Both the position numbers and the translations under genes were made by a program. The notes below the pieces were generated by a model. That model was not told where the DNA came from. It was given only the letters and a program-made list of their open reading frames with translations, and made no database searches. This document shows positions 23,801 to 36,847 of a stretch of 64,000 nucleotides of DNA, one piece after another; position 1 is the stretch's first letter; every line of letters starts with the position of its first letter. Source of the stretch: Eledone cirrhosa (Eukaryota); contig OZ024744.1 of the NCBI GenBank assembly GCA_964016885.1, positions 4,774,001-4,838,000 of the forward strand. The letters are read 5' to 3'.

Positions 23801-26800
23801 TGGTAGCAGATATCTATCTTGGTAGACAGTGGTGTTGGTTATAGAGGTCTATGTTGGTAGACAGTGGTGTTGGTAGCAGAGGTCTATCTTGGTAGTCAGT
23901 GGTGTTGGTAGCAGAGGTCTATCTTGGTAGACAGTGGTGTTGGTAGCAGAGGTCTATGTTGGTAGACAGTGAGGTTGGTAGCAGAGGTCTATCTTGGTAG
24001 ACAGTGGTGTTGGTAGCAGAGGTCTATGTTGGTAGACAGTGGTGTTGGTAGCAGAGGTCTATCTTGGTAGATAGTGAGGTTGGTAGTAGAGGTCTATGTT
24101 GGTAGACATTGGTGTTCGTAGCAGAGTTCTATCTTGGTAGACAGTGGTGTTGGTAGCAGAGGTCTATGTTGGTAGACAGTGGTGTTGGTAATAGAGGTCT
24201 ATCTTGGTAGACAGTGGTGTTGGTAGCAGATGTCTATCTTGGTAGACAGTGGTGTTGGTACCAGAGGTCTATCTTGGTAGACAGTGGTGTTGGTAGGAGA
24301 GGTCTATCTTGGTAGACAGTGGTGTTGGTAGCAGAGGTCTATCTTGGTAGAAAGTGGTGTTGGTAGGAGAGGTCTATCTTGGTAGACAGTGGTGTTGGTA
24401 GCAGAGGTCTATCTTGGTAGACAGTGGTGTTGGTAGCAGAGGTCTATATTGGTAGACAGTGGTGTTGGTAGCAGATGTCTATCTTGGTAGACAGTGGTGT
24501 TGGTAGCAGAGGTCTATCTTGGTAGACAGTGGTGGTGGTAGCAGAGGTCTATCTTGTTAGACAGTGTTGTTGGTAGCAGAGGTCTATCTTAGTAGACAGT
24601 GGTGTTGGTAGCAGAGGTCTATCCTGGTAGACAGTGGTGTTGGTAGCAGAGGTCTATCTTGGTAGACAGTAGTGTTGGTAGCAGAGGTCTATCTTGGTAG
24701 ACAGTGGTGTTGGTAGCTGAGGTCTAACTTGGTAGACAGTGGTGTTGGTAGCAGAGGTCTATCTTAGTAGACAGTGGTTTGGTAGCAGAGGTCTACCTTG
24801 GTAGACAGTGGTGTCGGTAGCAGAGCTCTATCCTGGTAGACAGTGGTGTTGGTAGCAGAGGTCTATCTTGGTAGACAGTGAGGTTGGTAGCAGAGGTCTA
24901 TGTTGGTAGACAGTGGTGTCGGTAGCAGAGCTCTATCTTGGTAGACAGTGGTGTTGGTAGCAGAAGTCTATCATGGTAGACAGTGAGGTTGGGAGCAGAG
25001 GTCTATGTTGGTAGACAGTGGTGTTGGTAGCAGAGGTCTATCTTGGTAGACAGTGGTGTTGGTAGCAGAGGTTTATCTTGGTAGACAGTGGTGTTGGTAG
25101 CAGAGGTCTATGTTGGTAGACAGTGGTGTTGGTAGCAGAGGTATATCTTGGTAGGCAGTGGTGTTGGTAGCAGAGCTCTATCTTGGTAGACAGTGGTGTT
25201 GGTAGCAGAGGTCTATCTTGGTAGACAGTGGTGTTGGTAGCAGAGGTCTTTCTTGGTAGATAGTGGTGTTGGTAGCAGAGGTCTATGTTGGTAGAAAGTG
25301 AGGTTGGTAGCAGAGGTCTATCTTGGTAGACAATGAGGTTGGTAGCAGAGGTCTATGTTGGTAGACAGTGGTGTTGGTAGCATAGGTCTATCTTGGTAGA
25401 CAGTGGTGTTGGTAGCAGAGGTCTATGTTGGTAGACAGTGGTGTTGGTAGTAGAGGTCTATCTTGGTAGACAGTGGTGTTGGTAGCAGATGTCTATCTTG
25501 GTAGACAGTGGTGTTGGTAGCAGAGGTCTATCTTGGTAGACAGTGGTGTTGGTAGCAAATATATATCTTGGTAGACAGTGTTGTTGGTAGCAGAGTTCTA
25601 TGTTGGTAGACAGTGGTGTTGGTAGCAGAGGTCTATCTTGGTAGACAGTGAGGGTGGTTGCAGAGGTCTATCTTGGTAGACAGTGGTGTTGGTAGCAGAG
25701 GTCTATCTTGGTAGACAGTGAGGTTGGTATCAGAGGTCTATCTTGGTAGACAGTGAGGTTGGTAACAGAGGTCTATGTTGGTAGACAGTGGTGTTGGTAG
25801 CATAGGTCTATCTTGGTAGACAGTGGTGTTGGTAGAAGAGGTCTATCTTGGTAGACAGTGGTGTTGGTAGCAGAGATCTATGTTGGTAGACAGTGGTGTT
25901 GGTAGCAGAGGTCTATCTTAGTAGACAGTGGTGTTGGTAGCAGAGGTCTATCTTGGTAGACAGTGAAGTTGGTAGCAGAGGTCTATCTTGGTAGACAGTG
26001 AGGTTGGTAGCAGAGGTCTATCTTGGTAGACAGTGGTGTTGGTAGCAGAGGTCTATCTTGGTAGACAGTGAGGTTGGTAACAGAGGTCTATCTTGGTAGA
26101 CAGTGGTGTTGTAGCAGAGGTCTATCTCGGTAGACAGTGAAGTTGGTAGCAGAGGTCTATGCTGGTAGACAGTGGTGTTGGTAGCAGAGGTCTATCTTGG
26201 TAGACAGTGGTGTTGGTAGCAGAGGTCTATCTTGGTAGACAGTGCTGTTGGTAGCAGAGGTCTATGTTGGTAGACAGTGAGGTTGGTAGCAGAGGTCTAT
26301 CTTGGTAGATAGTGATGTTGGTAGCAGAGGTCTATCTTGGTAGACAGTGAGGTTGGTATGAGAGGTCTATCTTGGTAGACAGTGGTGTTGGTAGCAGAGG
26401 TCTATGTTGGTAGACAGTGGTGTTGGTAGCAGAGGTCTATCTTGGTAGATAGTGAGGTTGGTAGTAGAGGTCTATGTTGGTAGACATTGGTGTTGGTAGC
26501 AGAGTTCTATCTTGGTAGACAGTGGTGTTGGTAATAGAGGTCTATCTTGGTAGACAGTGGTGTTGGTAGCAGATGTCTATCTTGGTAGACAGTGGTGTTG
26601 GTAGCAGAGGTCTATCTTGGTAGACAGTGGTGTTGGTAGCAGAGGTCTATCTTGGTAGACAGTGGTGTTGGTAGCAGAGGTTTATCTTGGTAGACAGTGG
26701 TGTTGGTAGCATATGTCTATCTTGGTAGACAGTGGTGTTGGTAGCAGAGGTCTTTCTTGGTAGACAGTGGTGTTGGTAGCAGAGGTCTATGTTGGTAGAA

Positions 26801-29800
26801 AGTGAGGTTGGTAGCAGAGGTCTATCTTGGTAGACAGTGGTGTTGGTAGCAGAGGTCTATCTTGGTAGACAGTGATGTTGGTAGAAGAGGTCTATGTTGG
26901 TAGAAAGTGAGGTTGGTACCAGAGGTCTATCTTGGTAGACAGTGGTGTTGGTAGCAGAGGTTTATATTGGTAGACAGTGGTGTTGGTAGCAGAGGTTTAT
27001 CTTGGTAGACATTGAGGTTGGTAGCAGAGGTCTATCTTGGTAGACAGTGGTGTTGGTAGCAGAGGTCTATGTTGGTAGACAGTGGAGTTGGTAGCAGAGG
27101 TCTATCTTGGTAGACAGTGGTGTTGGTAGCAGAGGTCTATATTGGTAGACAGTGGTGTTGGTAGCAGAGGTCTATCTTGGTAGACAGTGAGGTTGGTAGC
27201 AGAGGTCTATCTTCGTAGACAGTGAGGTTGGTAGCAGAGGTCTATCTTGGTAGACAGTGGTGTTGGTAGCAGAGGTCTATGTTGGTAGACAGTGAGGTTG
27301 GTAGCAGAGGTCTATCTTGGTAGACAGTGAAGTTGGTAGCAGAGGTCTATCTTGGTAGACAGTGAGGGTGGTAGCAGAGGTCTATCTTGGTAGACAGTGG
27401 TGTTCGTAGCAGAGGTCTATCTTGGTAGACAGTGGTGTTGGTAGCAGAGGTCTATCTTGGTAGACAGTGAGGTTGGTAGCAGAGGTCTATCTTGGTAGAC
27501 AGTGGTGTTGGTAGCAGAGGTCTATCTTGGTAGACAGTGGGGTGGGTAGCAGAGGTCTATCTTGGTAGACAGTGGTGTTGGTAGCAGAGGTCTATCTTGG
27601 TAGACAGTGGTGTTGGTAGCAGAGGTCTATGTTGGTAGACAGTGGTGTTGGTAGCAGAGGTTAATCTTGGTAGACAGTGGTGTTGGTAGCAGAGGTCTAT
27701 CTTGGTAGACAGTGGTGTTGGTAGCAGAGATCTATCTTGGTAGACAGTAGTGTTGGTAGCAGAGGTCTATGTTGGTAGACAGTGGTGTTTGTAGCAGAGG
27801 TCTATGTTGGTAGACAGTGGTGTTGGAAGCAGAGGTCTATCTTAGTAGACAGTGGTGTTGGTACATAGGTCTATGTTGGTAGACAGTGAGGTTGGTAGCA
27901 GAGGTCTATATTGGTAGACAGTGAGGTTGGTAGCAGAGGTCTATCTTGGTAGACAGTGAGGTTGGTAGCAGAGCTCTATCTTGGTAGAAAGTGGTGTTGG
28001 TAGCAGAGGTCTATGTTGGTAGACAGTGGTGTTGGTAGCAGAGGTTTATCTTGGTAGACAGTGGTGTTGGTAGCAGAGGTCTATGTTGGTAGACAGTGGT
28101 GTTGGTAGCAGAGGTATATCTTGGTAGGCAGTGCTGTTGGTAGCAGAGCTCTATCTTGGTAGACAGTGGTGTTGGTAGCAGAGGTCTTTCTTGGTAGACA
28201 GTGGTGTTGCTAGCAGAGGTCTATGTTGGTAGAAAAAGAGGTTGGTAGCTGAGGTCTATGTTGGTAGACAGTGGTGTTGGTAGCAGAAGTCTATCTTGGT
28301 AGACAGTGAGGTTGGTAGCAGAGGTCTATCTTGGTAGACATTGGTGTTGGTAGCAGAGGTCTATCTTGGTAGACAGTGGTGTTGGTAGCAGAGGTCTATC
28401 TTGGTAGACAGTGGTGTTGGTAGCAGAGGTCTATCTTGGTAGACAGTGGTGTTGGTAGCAGAGGTCTATCTTGGTAGACAGTGGTGTTGCTAGCAGAGGT
28501 CTATCTTGGTAGACAGTGGTGTTGGTAGCAAAGGTCTATGTTGGTAGACAGTGAGGTTGGTAGCAGAGGTCTATCTTGGTAGACAGTGAGGGTGGTTGCA
28601 GAGGTCTATCTTGGTAGACAGTGGTGTTGGTAGCAGAGGTCTATCTTGGTAGACAGTGAGGTTGGTATCAGAGGTCTATCTTGGTAGACAGTGAGGTTGG
28701 TAGCAGAGGTCTATGTTGGTAGACAGTGGTGTTGGTAGCATAGGTCTATCTTGGTAGACAGTGGTGTTGGTAGCAGAGGTCTATGTTGGTAGACAGTGGT
28801 GTTGGTAGTAGAGGTCTATCTTGGTAGACAGTGGTGTTGGTAGCAGATGTCTATCTTGGTAGACAGTGGTGTTGGTAGCAGAGGTCTATCTTGGTAGACA
28901 GTGGTGTTGGTAGCAGATATCTATCTTGGTAGACAGTGGTGTTGGTAGCAGAGGTCTATGTTGGTAGACAGTGGTGTTGGTAGCAGAGGTCTATCTTGGT
29001 AGTCAGTGGTGTTGGTAGCAGAGGTCTATCTCGGTAGACAGTGGTGTTGGTAGCAGAGGTCTATGTTGGTAGACAGTGAGGTTGGTAGCAGAGGTCTATC
29101 TTGGTAGACAGTGGTGTTGGTAGAAGAGATCTATGTTGGTAGACAGTGAGGTTGGTAGCAGAGGTTTATCTTGGCAGACAGTGAGGTTGGTAGCAGAGGT
29201 CTATCTTGGTAGACAGTGGTGTTGGTAGCAGAGGTCTATCTTGGTAGACAGTGAGGTTGGTAGCAGATGTCTATCTTGGTAGACAGTGGTGTTGGTAGCA
29301 GAGATCTATCTTGGTAGACAGTGAGGTTGGTAGCAGAGGTCTATCTTGGTAGACAGTGGTGTTGGTAGCAGAGGTCTATCTTGGTAGACAGTGGTGTTGG
29401 TAGCAGAGGTCTATGTTGGTAGACAGTGGTGTTGATAGCAGAGGTTAATCTTGGTAGACAGTGGTGTTGGTAGCAGAGGTCTATCTTGGTAGACAGTGGT
29501 GTTGGTAGCAGAGGTCTATCTTGGTAGACAGTGGTGTTGGTAGCAGAGGTCTATGTTGGTAGACAGTGGTGTTTGTAGCAGAGGACTATGTTGGTAGACA
29601 GTGGTGTTGGTAGCAGAGGTCTATCTTGGTAGACATTGAGGTTGGTAGCAGAGGTCTATCTTGGTAGACAGTGGTGTTGGTAGCAGAGATCTATGTTGGT
29701 AGACAGTGGTGTTGGTAGCAGAGGTCTATCTTAGTAGACAGGTGTGTTGGTAGCAGAGGTCTATCTTGGTAGACAGTGAAGTTGGTAGCAGAGGTCTATC

Positions 29801-31214
29801 TTGGTAGACAGTGAGGTTGGTAGCAGAGGTCTATCTTGGTAGACAGTGGTGTTGGTAGCAGAGGTCTATCTTGGTAGACAGTGAGGTTGGTAACAGAGGT
29901 CTATCTTGGTAGACAGTGGTGTTGTAGCAGAGGTCTATCTCGGTAGACAGTGAGGTTGGTAGCAGAGGTCTATGCTGGTAGACAGTGGTGTTGGTAGCAG
30001 AGGTCTATCTTGGTAGACAGTGGTGTTGGTAGCAGAGGTCTATCTTGGTAGACAGTGGTGTTGGTAGCAGAGGTCTATGTTGGTAGACAGTGAGGTTGCT
30101 AGCAGAGGTCTATCTTGGTAGACAGTGGTGTTGGTAGCAGAGGTCTATCTTGGTAGACAGTGAGGTTGGTATCAGAGGTCTATCTTGGTAGACAGTGGTG
30201 TTGGTAGCAGAGGTCTATGTTGGTAGACAGTGGTGTTGGTAGCAGAGGTCTATCTTGGTAGATAGTGAGGTTGGTAGTAGAGGTCTATGTTGGTAGACAT
30301 TGGTGTTGGTAGCAGAGTTCTATCTTGGTAGACAGTGGTGTTGGTAGCAGAGGTCTATGTTGGTAGACAGTGGTGTTGGTAATAGAGGTCTATCTTGGTA
30401 GACAGTGGTGTTGGTAGCAGATGTCTATCTTGGTAGACAGTGGTGTTGGTAGCAGAGGTCTATCTTGGTAGACAGTGGTGTTGGTAGCAGAGGTCGATCT
30501 TGGTAGACAGTGGTGTTGGTAGCAGAGGTCTATCTTGGTAGACAGTGGTGTTGGTAGCAGATGTCTATCTTGGTAGACAGTGGTGTTGGTAGCAGAGATC
30601 TATCTTGGTAGACAGTGGTGTTGGTAGCAGAGGTCGATCTTGGTAGACAGTGGTGTTGGTAGCAGAGGTCGATCTTGGTAGACAGTGGTGTTGGTAGCAG
30701 AGGTCTATCTTGGTAGACAGTGGTGTTGGTAGCAGAGGTCTATGTTGGTAGACAGTGGTGTTGGTAGCAGAGGTATATCTTGGTAGGCAGTGGTGTTGGT
30801 AGCAGAGCTCTATCTTGGTAGACAGTGGTGTTGGTAGCAGAGGTCTATCTTGGTAGACAGTGGTGTTGGTAGCAGAGGTCTTTCTTGGTAGACAGTGGTG
30901 TTGGTAGCAGAGGTCTATGTTAGTAGAAAGTGAGGTTGGTAGCAGAGGTCTATCTTGGTAGAAAGTGGTGTTGGTAGGAGAGGTCTATCTTGGTAGACAG
31001 TGGTGTTGGTAACAGAGGTCTATCTTGGTAGACAGTGGTGTTGGTAGCAGAGGTCTATATTGGTAGACAGTGGTGTTGGTAGCAGATGTCTATCTTGGTA
31101 GACAGTGGTGTTGGTAGCAGAGGTCTATCTTGGTAGACAGTGGTGGTGGTAGCAGAGGTCTATCTTGTTAGACAGTGTTGTTGGTAGCAGAGGTCTATCT
31201 TAGTAGACAGTGGT
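20851..31214 (+). repeat. ~10-kb irregular higher-order repeat, copy 2 (10,364 bp, 296 monomers)
   Basis: The same markers are at 23534, ~24257, ~24778, 24971 and ~25329 (offset 9,770 from copy 1 at CTAGCTT). Its distal ~3 kb differs from copy 1 and resembles 8.2-11.1 kb. Confidence 0.8.
22596..22608 (+). repeat. G13 homopolymer replacing GTGG within one monomer (+9 bp); the only insertion in the array
   Basis: AGACAGGGGGGGGGGGGGTGTTGG at 22591-22614. The paralogous monomers (~1741, ~7618, ~12866, ~32955) read AGACAGTGGTGTTGG. Confidence 0.95.
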
Positions 31215-34200
31215 GTTGGTAGCAGAGGTCTATCCTGGTAGACAGTGGTGTTGGTAGCAGAGGTCTATCTTGGTAGACAGTAGTGTTGGTAGCAGAGGTC
31301 TATCTTGGTAGACAGTGGTGTTGGTAGCTGAGGTCTAACTTGGTAGACAGTGGTGTTGGTAGCAGAGGTCTATCTTAGTAGACAGTGGTGTTGGTAGCAG
31401 AGGTCTACCTTGGTAGACAGTGGTGTCGGTAGCAGAGCTCTATCCTGGTAGACAGTGGTGTTGGTAGCAGAGGTCTATCTTGGTAGACAGTGAGGTTGGT
31501 AGCAGAGGTCTATGTTGGTAGACAGTGGTGTCGGTAGCAGAGCTCTATCTTGGTAGACAGTGGTGTTGGTAGCAGAAGTCTATCTTGGTAGACAGTGAGG
31601 TTGGGAGCAGAGGTCTATGTTGGTAGACAGTGGTGTTGGTAGCAGAGGTCTATCTTGGTAGACAGTGGTGTTGGTAGGAGAGGTTTATCTTGGTAGACAG
31701 TGGTGTTGGTAGCAGAGGTCTATGTTGGTAGACAGTGGTGTTGGTAGCAGAGGTATATCTTGGTAGGCAGTGGTGTTGGTAGCAGAGCTCTATCTTGGTA
31801 GACAGTGGTGTTGGTAGCAGAGGTCTATCTTGGTAGACAGTGGTGTTGGTAGCAGAGGTCTATGTTAGTAGAAAGTGAGGTTGGTAGCAGAGGTCTATCT
31901 TGGTAGACAGTGAGGGTGGTAGCAGAGGTCTATCTTGGTAAACAGAGGTGTTGGTAGCAGAGGTCTATCTTGGTAGACAGTGAGGTTGGTATCAGAGGTC
32001 TATCTTGGTAGACAGTGAGGTTGGTAGCAGAGGTCTATGTTGGTAGACAGTGGTGTTGGTAGCATAGGTCTATCTTGGTAGACAGTGGTGTTGGTAGCAG
32101 AGGTCTATGTTGGTAGACAGTGGTGTTGGTAGTAGAGGTCTATCTTGGTAGACAGTGGTGTTGGTAGCAGATGTCTATCTTGGTAGACAGTGGTGTTGGT
32201 AGCAGAGGTCTATCTTGGTAGACAGTGGTGTTGGTAGCAAATATCTATCTTGGTAGACAGTGGTGTTGGTAGCAGAGGTCTATGTTGGTAGACAGTGGTG
32301 TTGGTAGCAGAGGTCTATCTTGGTAGACAGTGGTGTTGGTAGCAGAGGTCTATCTTGGTAGACAGTGGTGTTGGTAGCAGAGGTCTATCTTGGTAGACAG
32401 TGGTGTTGGTAGCAGAGGTCTATCTTGGTAGACAGTGGTGTTGGTAGCAGAGGTCTATGTTGGTAGACAGTGAGGTTGGTAGCAGAGGTCTATGTTGGTA
32501 GACAGTGGTGTTGGTAGCAGAGGTCTATCTTGGTAGACAGTGGTGTTGGTAGAAGAGGTCTATGTTGGTAGACAGTGAGGTTGGTAGCAGAGGTCTATCT
32601 TGGTAGACAGTGAAGTTGGTAGCAGAGGTCTATCTTGGTAGACAGTGAGGGTGGTAGCAGAGGTCTATCTTGGTAGACAGTGGTGTTCGTAGCAGAGGTC
32701 TATCTTGGTAGACAGTGGTGTTGGTAGCAGAGGTCTAACTTGGTAGACAGTGAGGTTGGTAGCAGAGGTCTATCTTGGTAGACAGTGGTGTTGGTAGCAG
32801 AGGTCTATCTTGGTAGACAGTGGGGTGGGTAGCAGAGGTCTATGTTGGTAGACAGTGGTGTTGGTAGCAGAGGTCTATGTTGGTAGACAGTGGTGTTGGT
32901 AGCAGAGGTCTATGTTGGTAGACAGTGGTGTTGGTAGCAGAGGTTAATCTTGGTAGACAGTGGTGTTGGTAGCAGAGATCTATCTTGGTAGACAGTAGTG
33001 TTGGTAGCAGAGGTCTATGTTGGTAGACAGTGGTGTTTGTAGCAGAGGTCTATGTTGGTAGACAGTGGTGTTGGAAGCAGAGGTCTATCTTAGTAGACAG
33101 TGGTGCTGGTACAGAGGTCTATGTTGGTAGACAGTGAGGTTGGTAGCAGAGGTCTATATTGGTAGACAGTGAGGTTGGTAGCAGAGGTATATCTTGGTAG
33201 ACAGTGAGGTTGGTAGCAGAGCTCTATCTTGGTAGACAGTGGTGTTGGTAGCAGAGGTCTATCTTGGTAGACAGTGGTGTTGGTAGCAGAGGTCTATCTT
33301 GGTAGACAGTGGTGTTGGTAGCAGAGGTCTATGTTGGTAGACAGTGGTGTTGGTAGCAGAGGTATATCTTGGTAGGCAGTGGTGTTGGTAGCAGAGCTCT
33401 ATCTTGGTAGACAGTGGTGTTGGTAGCAGAGGTCTTTCTTGGTAGACAGTGGTGTTGCTAGCAGAGGTCTATGTTGGTAGAAAGTGAGGTTGGTAGCTGA
33501 GATCTATGTTGGTAGACAGTGGTGTTGGTAGCAGAAGTCTATCTTGGTAGACAGTGAGGTTGGTAGCAGAGGTCTATCTTGGTAGACAGTGGTGTTGGTA
33601 GCAGAGGTCTATCTTGGTAGACAGTGGTGTTGGTAGCAGAGGTCTATCTTGGTAGACAGTGGTGTTGGTAGCAGAAGTCTATCTTGGTAGACAGTGGTGT
33701 TGGTAGCAGAGGTCTATCTTGGTAGACAGTGGTGTTGCTAGCAGAGGTCTATCTTGGTAGACAGTGGTGTTGCTAGCAAAGGTCTATGTTGGTAGACAGT
33801 GAGGTTGGTAGCAGAGGTCTATCTTGGTAGACAGTGAGGGTGGTTGCAGAGGTCTATCTTGGTAGACAGTGGTGTTGGTAGCAGAGGTCTAGCTTGGTAG
33901 ACAGTGAGGTTGGTATCAGAGGTCTATCTTGGTAGACAGTGAGGTTGGTAGCAGAGGTCTATGTTGGTAGACAGTGGTGTTGGTAGCATAGGTCTATCTT
34001 GGTAGACAGTGGTGTTGGTAGCAGAGGTCTATGTTGGTAGACAGTGGTGTTGGTAGTAGAGGTCTATCTTGGTAGACAGTGGTGTTGGTAGCAGATGTCT
34101 ATCTTGGTAGACAGTAGTGTTGGTAGCAGAGGTCTATCTTGGTAGACAGTGGTGTTGGTAGCAGATATCTATCTTGGTAGACAGTGGTGTTGGTAGCAGA

Positions 34201-36847
34201 GGTCTATGTTGGTAGACAGTGGTGTTGGTAGCAGAGGTCTATCTTGGTAGTCAGTGGTGTTGGTAGCAGAGGTCTATCTTGGTAGACAGTGGTGTTGGTA
34301 GCAGAGGTCTATGTTGGTAGACAGTGAGGTTGGTAGCAGAGGTCTATCTTGGTAGACAGTGGTGTTGGTAGCAGAGGTCTATGTTGGTAGACAGTGGTGT
34401 TGGTAGCAGAGGTCTATCTTGGTAGATAGTGAGGTTGGTAGTAGAGGTCTATGTTGGTAGACATTGGTGTTGGTAGCAGAGTTCTATCTTGGTAGACAGT
34501 GGTGTTGGTAGCAGAGGTCTATGTTGGTAGACAGTGGTGTTGGTAACAGAGGTCTATCTTGGTAGACAGTGGTGTTGGTAGCAGATGTCTATCTTGGTAG
34601 ACAGTGGTGTTGGTACCAGAGGTCTATCTTGGTAGACAGTGGTGTTGGTAGGAGAGGTCTATCTTGGTAGACAGTGGTGTTGGTAGCAGAGGTCTATCTT
34701 GGTAGAAAGTGGTGTTGGTAGGAGAGGTCTATCTTGGTAGACAGTGGTGTTGGTAGCAGAGGTCTATCTTGGTAGACAGTGGTGTTGGTAGCAGAGGTCT
34801 ATATTGGTAGACAGTGGTGTTGGTAGCAGATGTCTATCTTGGTAGACAGTGGTGTTGGTAGCAGAGGTCTATCTTGGTAGACAGTGGTGGTGGTAGCAGA
34901 GGTATATCTTGTTAGACAGTGTTGTTGGTAGCAGAGGTCTATCTTAGTAGACAGTGGTGTTGGTAGCAGAGGTCTATCCTGGTAGACAGTGGTGTTGGTA
35001 GCAGAGGTCTATCTTGGTAGACAGTAGTGTTGGTAGCAGAGGTCTATCTTGGTAGACAGTGGTGTTGGTAGCTGAGGTCTAACTTGGTAGACAGTGGTGT
35101 TGGTAGCAGAGGTCTATCTTAGTAGACAGTGGTTTGGTAGCAGAGGTCTACCTTGGTAGACAGTGGTGTCGGTAGCAGAGCTCTATCCTGGTAGACAGTG
35201 GTGTTGGTAGCAGAGGTCTATCTTGGTAGACAGTGAGGTTGGTAGCAGAGGTCTATGTTGGTAGACAGTGGTGTCGGTAGCAGAGCTCTATCTTGGTAGA
35301 CAGTGGTGTTGGTAGCAGAAGTCTATCATGGTAGACAGTGAGGTTGGGAGCAGAGGTCTATGTTGGTAGACAGTGGTGTTGGTAGCAGAGGTCTATCTTG
35401 GTAGACAGTGGTGTTGGTAGCAGAGGTTTATCTTGGTAGACAGTGGTGTTGGTAGCAGAGGTCTATGTTGGTAGACAGTGGTGTTGGTAGCAGAGGTATA
35501 TCTTGGTAGGCAGTGGTGTTGGTAGCAGAGCTCTATCTTGGTAGACAGTGGTGTTGGTAGCAGAGGTCTATCTTGGTAGACAGTGGTGTTGGTAGCAGAG
35601 GTCTTTCTTGGTAGACAGTGGTGTTGGTAGCAGAGGTCTATGTTGGTAGAAAGTGAGGTTGGTAGCAGAGGTCTATCTTGGTAGACAATGAGGTTGGTAG
35701 CAGAGGTCTATGTTGGTAGACAGTGGTGTTGGTAGCATAGGTCTATCTTGGTAGACAGTGGTGTTGGTAGCAGAGGTCTATGTTGGTAGACAGTGGTGTT
35801 GGTAGTAGAGGTCTATCTTGGTAGACAGTGGTGTTGGTAGCAGATGTCTATCTTGGTAGACAGTGGTGTTGGTAGCAGAGGTCTATCTTGGTAGACAGTG
35901 GTGTTGGTAGCAGATATCTATCTTGGTAGACAGTGGTGTTCGTAGCAGAGGTCTATGTTGGTAGACAGTGGTGTTGGTAGCAGAGGTCTATCTTGGTAGT
36001 CAGTGGTGTTGGTAGCAGAGGTCTATCTTGGTAGACAGTGGTGTTGGTAGCAGAGGTCTATGTTGGTAGACAGTGGTGTTGGTAGCAGAGGTATATCTTG
36101 GTAGGCAGTGGTGTTGGTAGCAGAGCTCTATCTTGGTAGACAGTGGTGTTGGTAGCAGAGGTCTATCTTGGTAGACAGTGGTGTTGGTAGCAGAGGTCTT
36201 TCTTGGTAGACAGTGGTGTTGGTAGCAGAGGTCTATGTTGGTAGAAAGTGAGGTTGGTAGCAGAGGTCTATCTTGGTAGACAATGAGGTTGGTAGCAGAG
36301 GTCTATGTTGGTAGACAGTGGTGTTGGTAGCATAGGTCTATCTTGGTAGACAGTGGTGTTGGTAGCAGAGGTCTATGTTGGTAGACAGTGGTGTTGGTAG
36401 TAGAGGTCTATCTTGGTAGACATTGGTGTTGGTAGCAGATGTCTATCTTGGTAGACAGTGGTGTTGGTAGCAGAGGTCTATCTTGGTAGACAGTGGTGTT
36501 GGTAGCAAATATCTATCTTGGTAGACAGTGTTGTTGGTAGCAGAGGTCTATGTTGGTAGACAGTGGTGTTGGTAGCAGAGGTCTATCTTGGTAGACAGTG
36601 AGGGTGGTTGCAGAGGTCTATCTTGGTAGACAGTGGTGTTGGTAGCAGAGGTCTATCTTGGTAGACAGTGAGGTTGGTATCAGAGGTCTATCTTGGTAGA
36701 CAGTGAGGTTGGTAGCAGAGGTCTATGTTGGTAGACAGTGGTGTTGGTAGCATAGGTCTATCTTGGTAGACAGTGGTGTTGGTAGCAGAGGTCTATGTTG
36801 GTAGACAGTGGTGTTGGTAGTAGAGGTCTATCTTGGTAGACAGTGGT
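31215..36847 (+). repeat. ~10-kb irregular higher-order repeat, copy 3 (partial, with an internal 595-bp duplication)
   Basis: The same markers are at 33889, ~34612, ~35133 and ~35326. GACAATGA occurs twice (35684, 36279). Offset from copy 2 is 10,355 bp. Confidence 0.75.
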
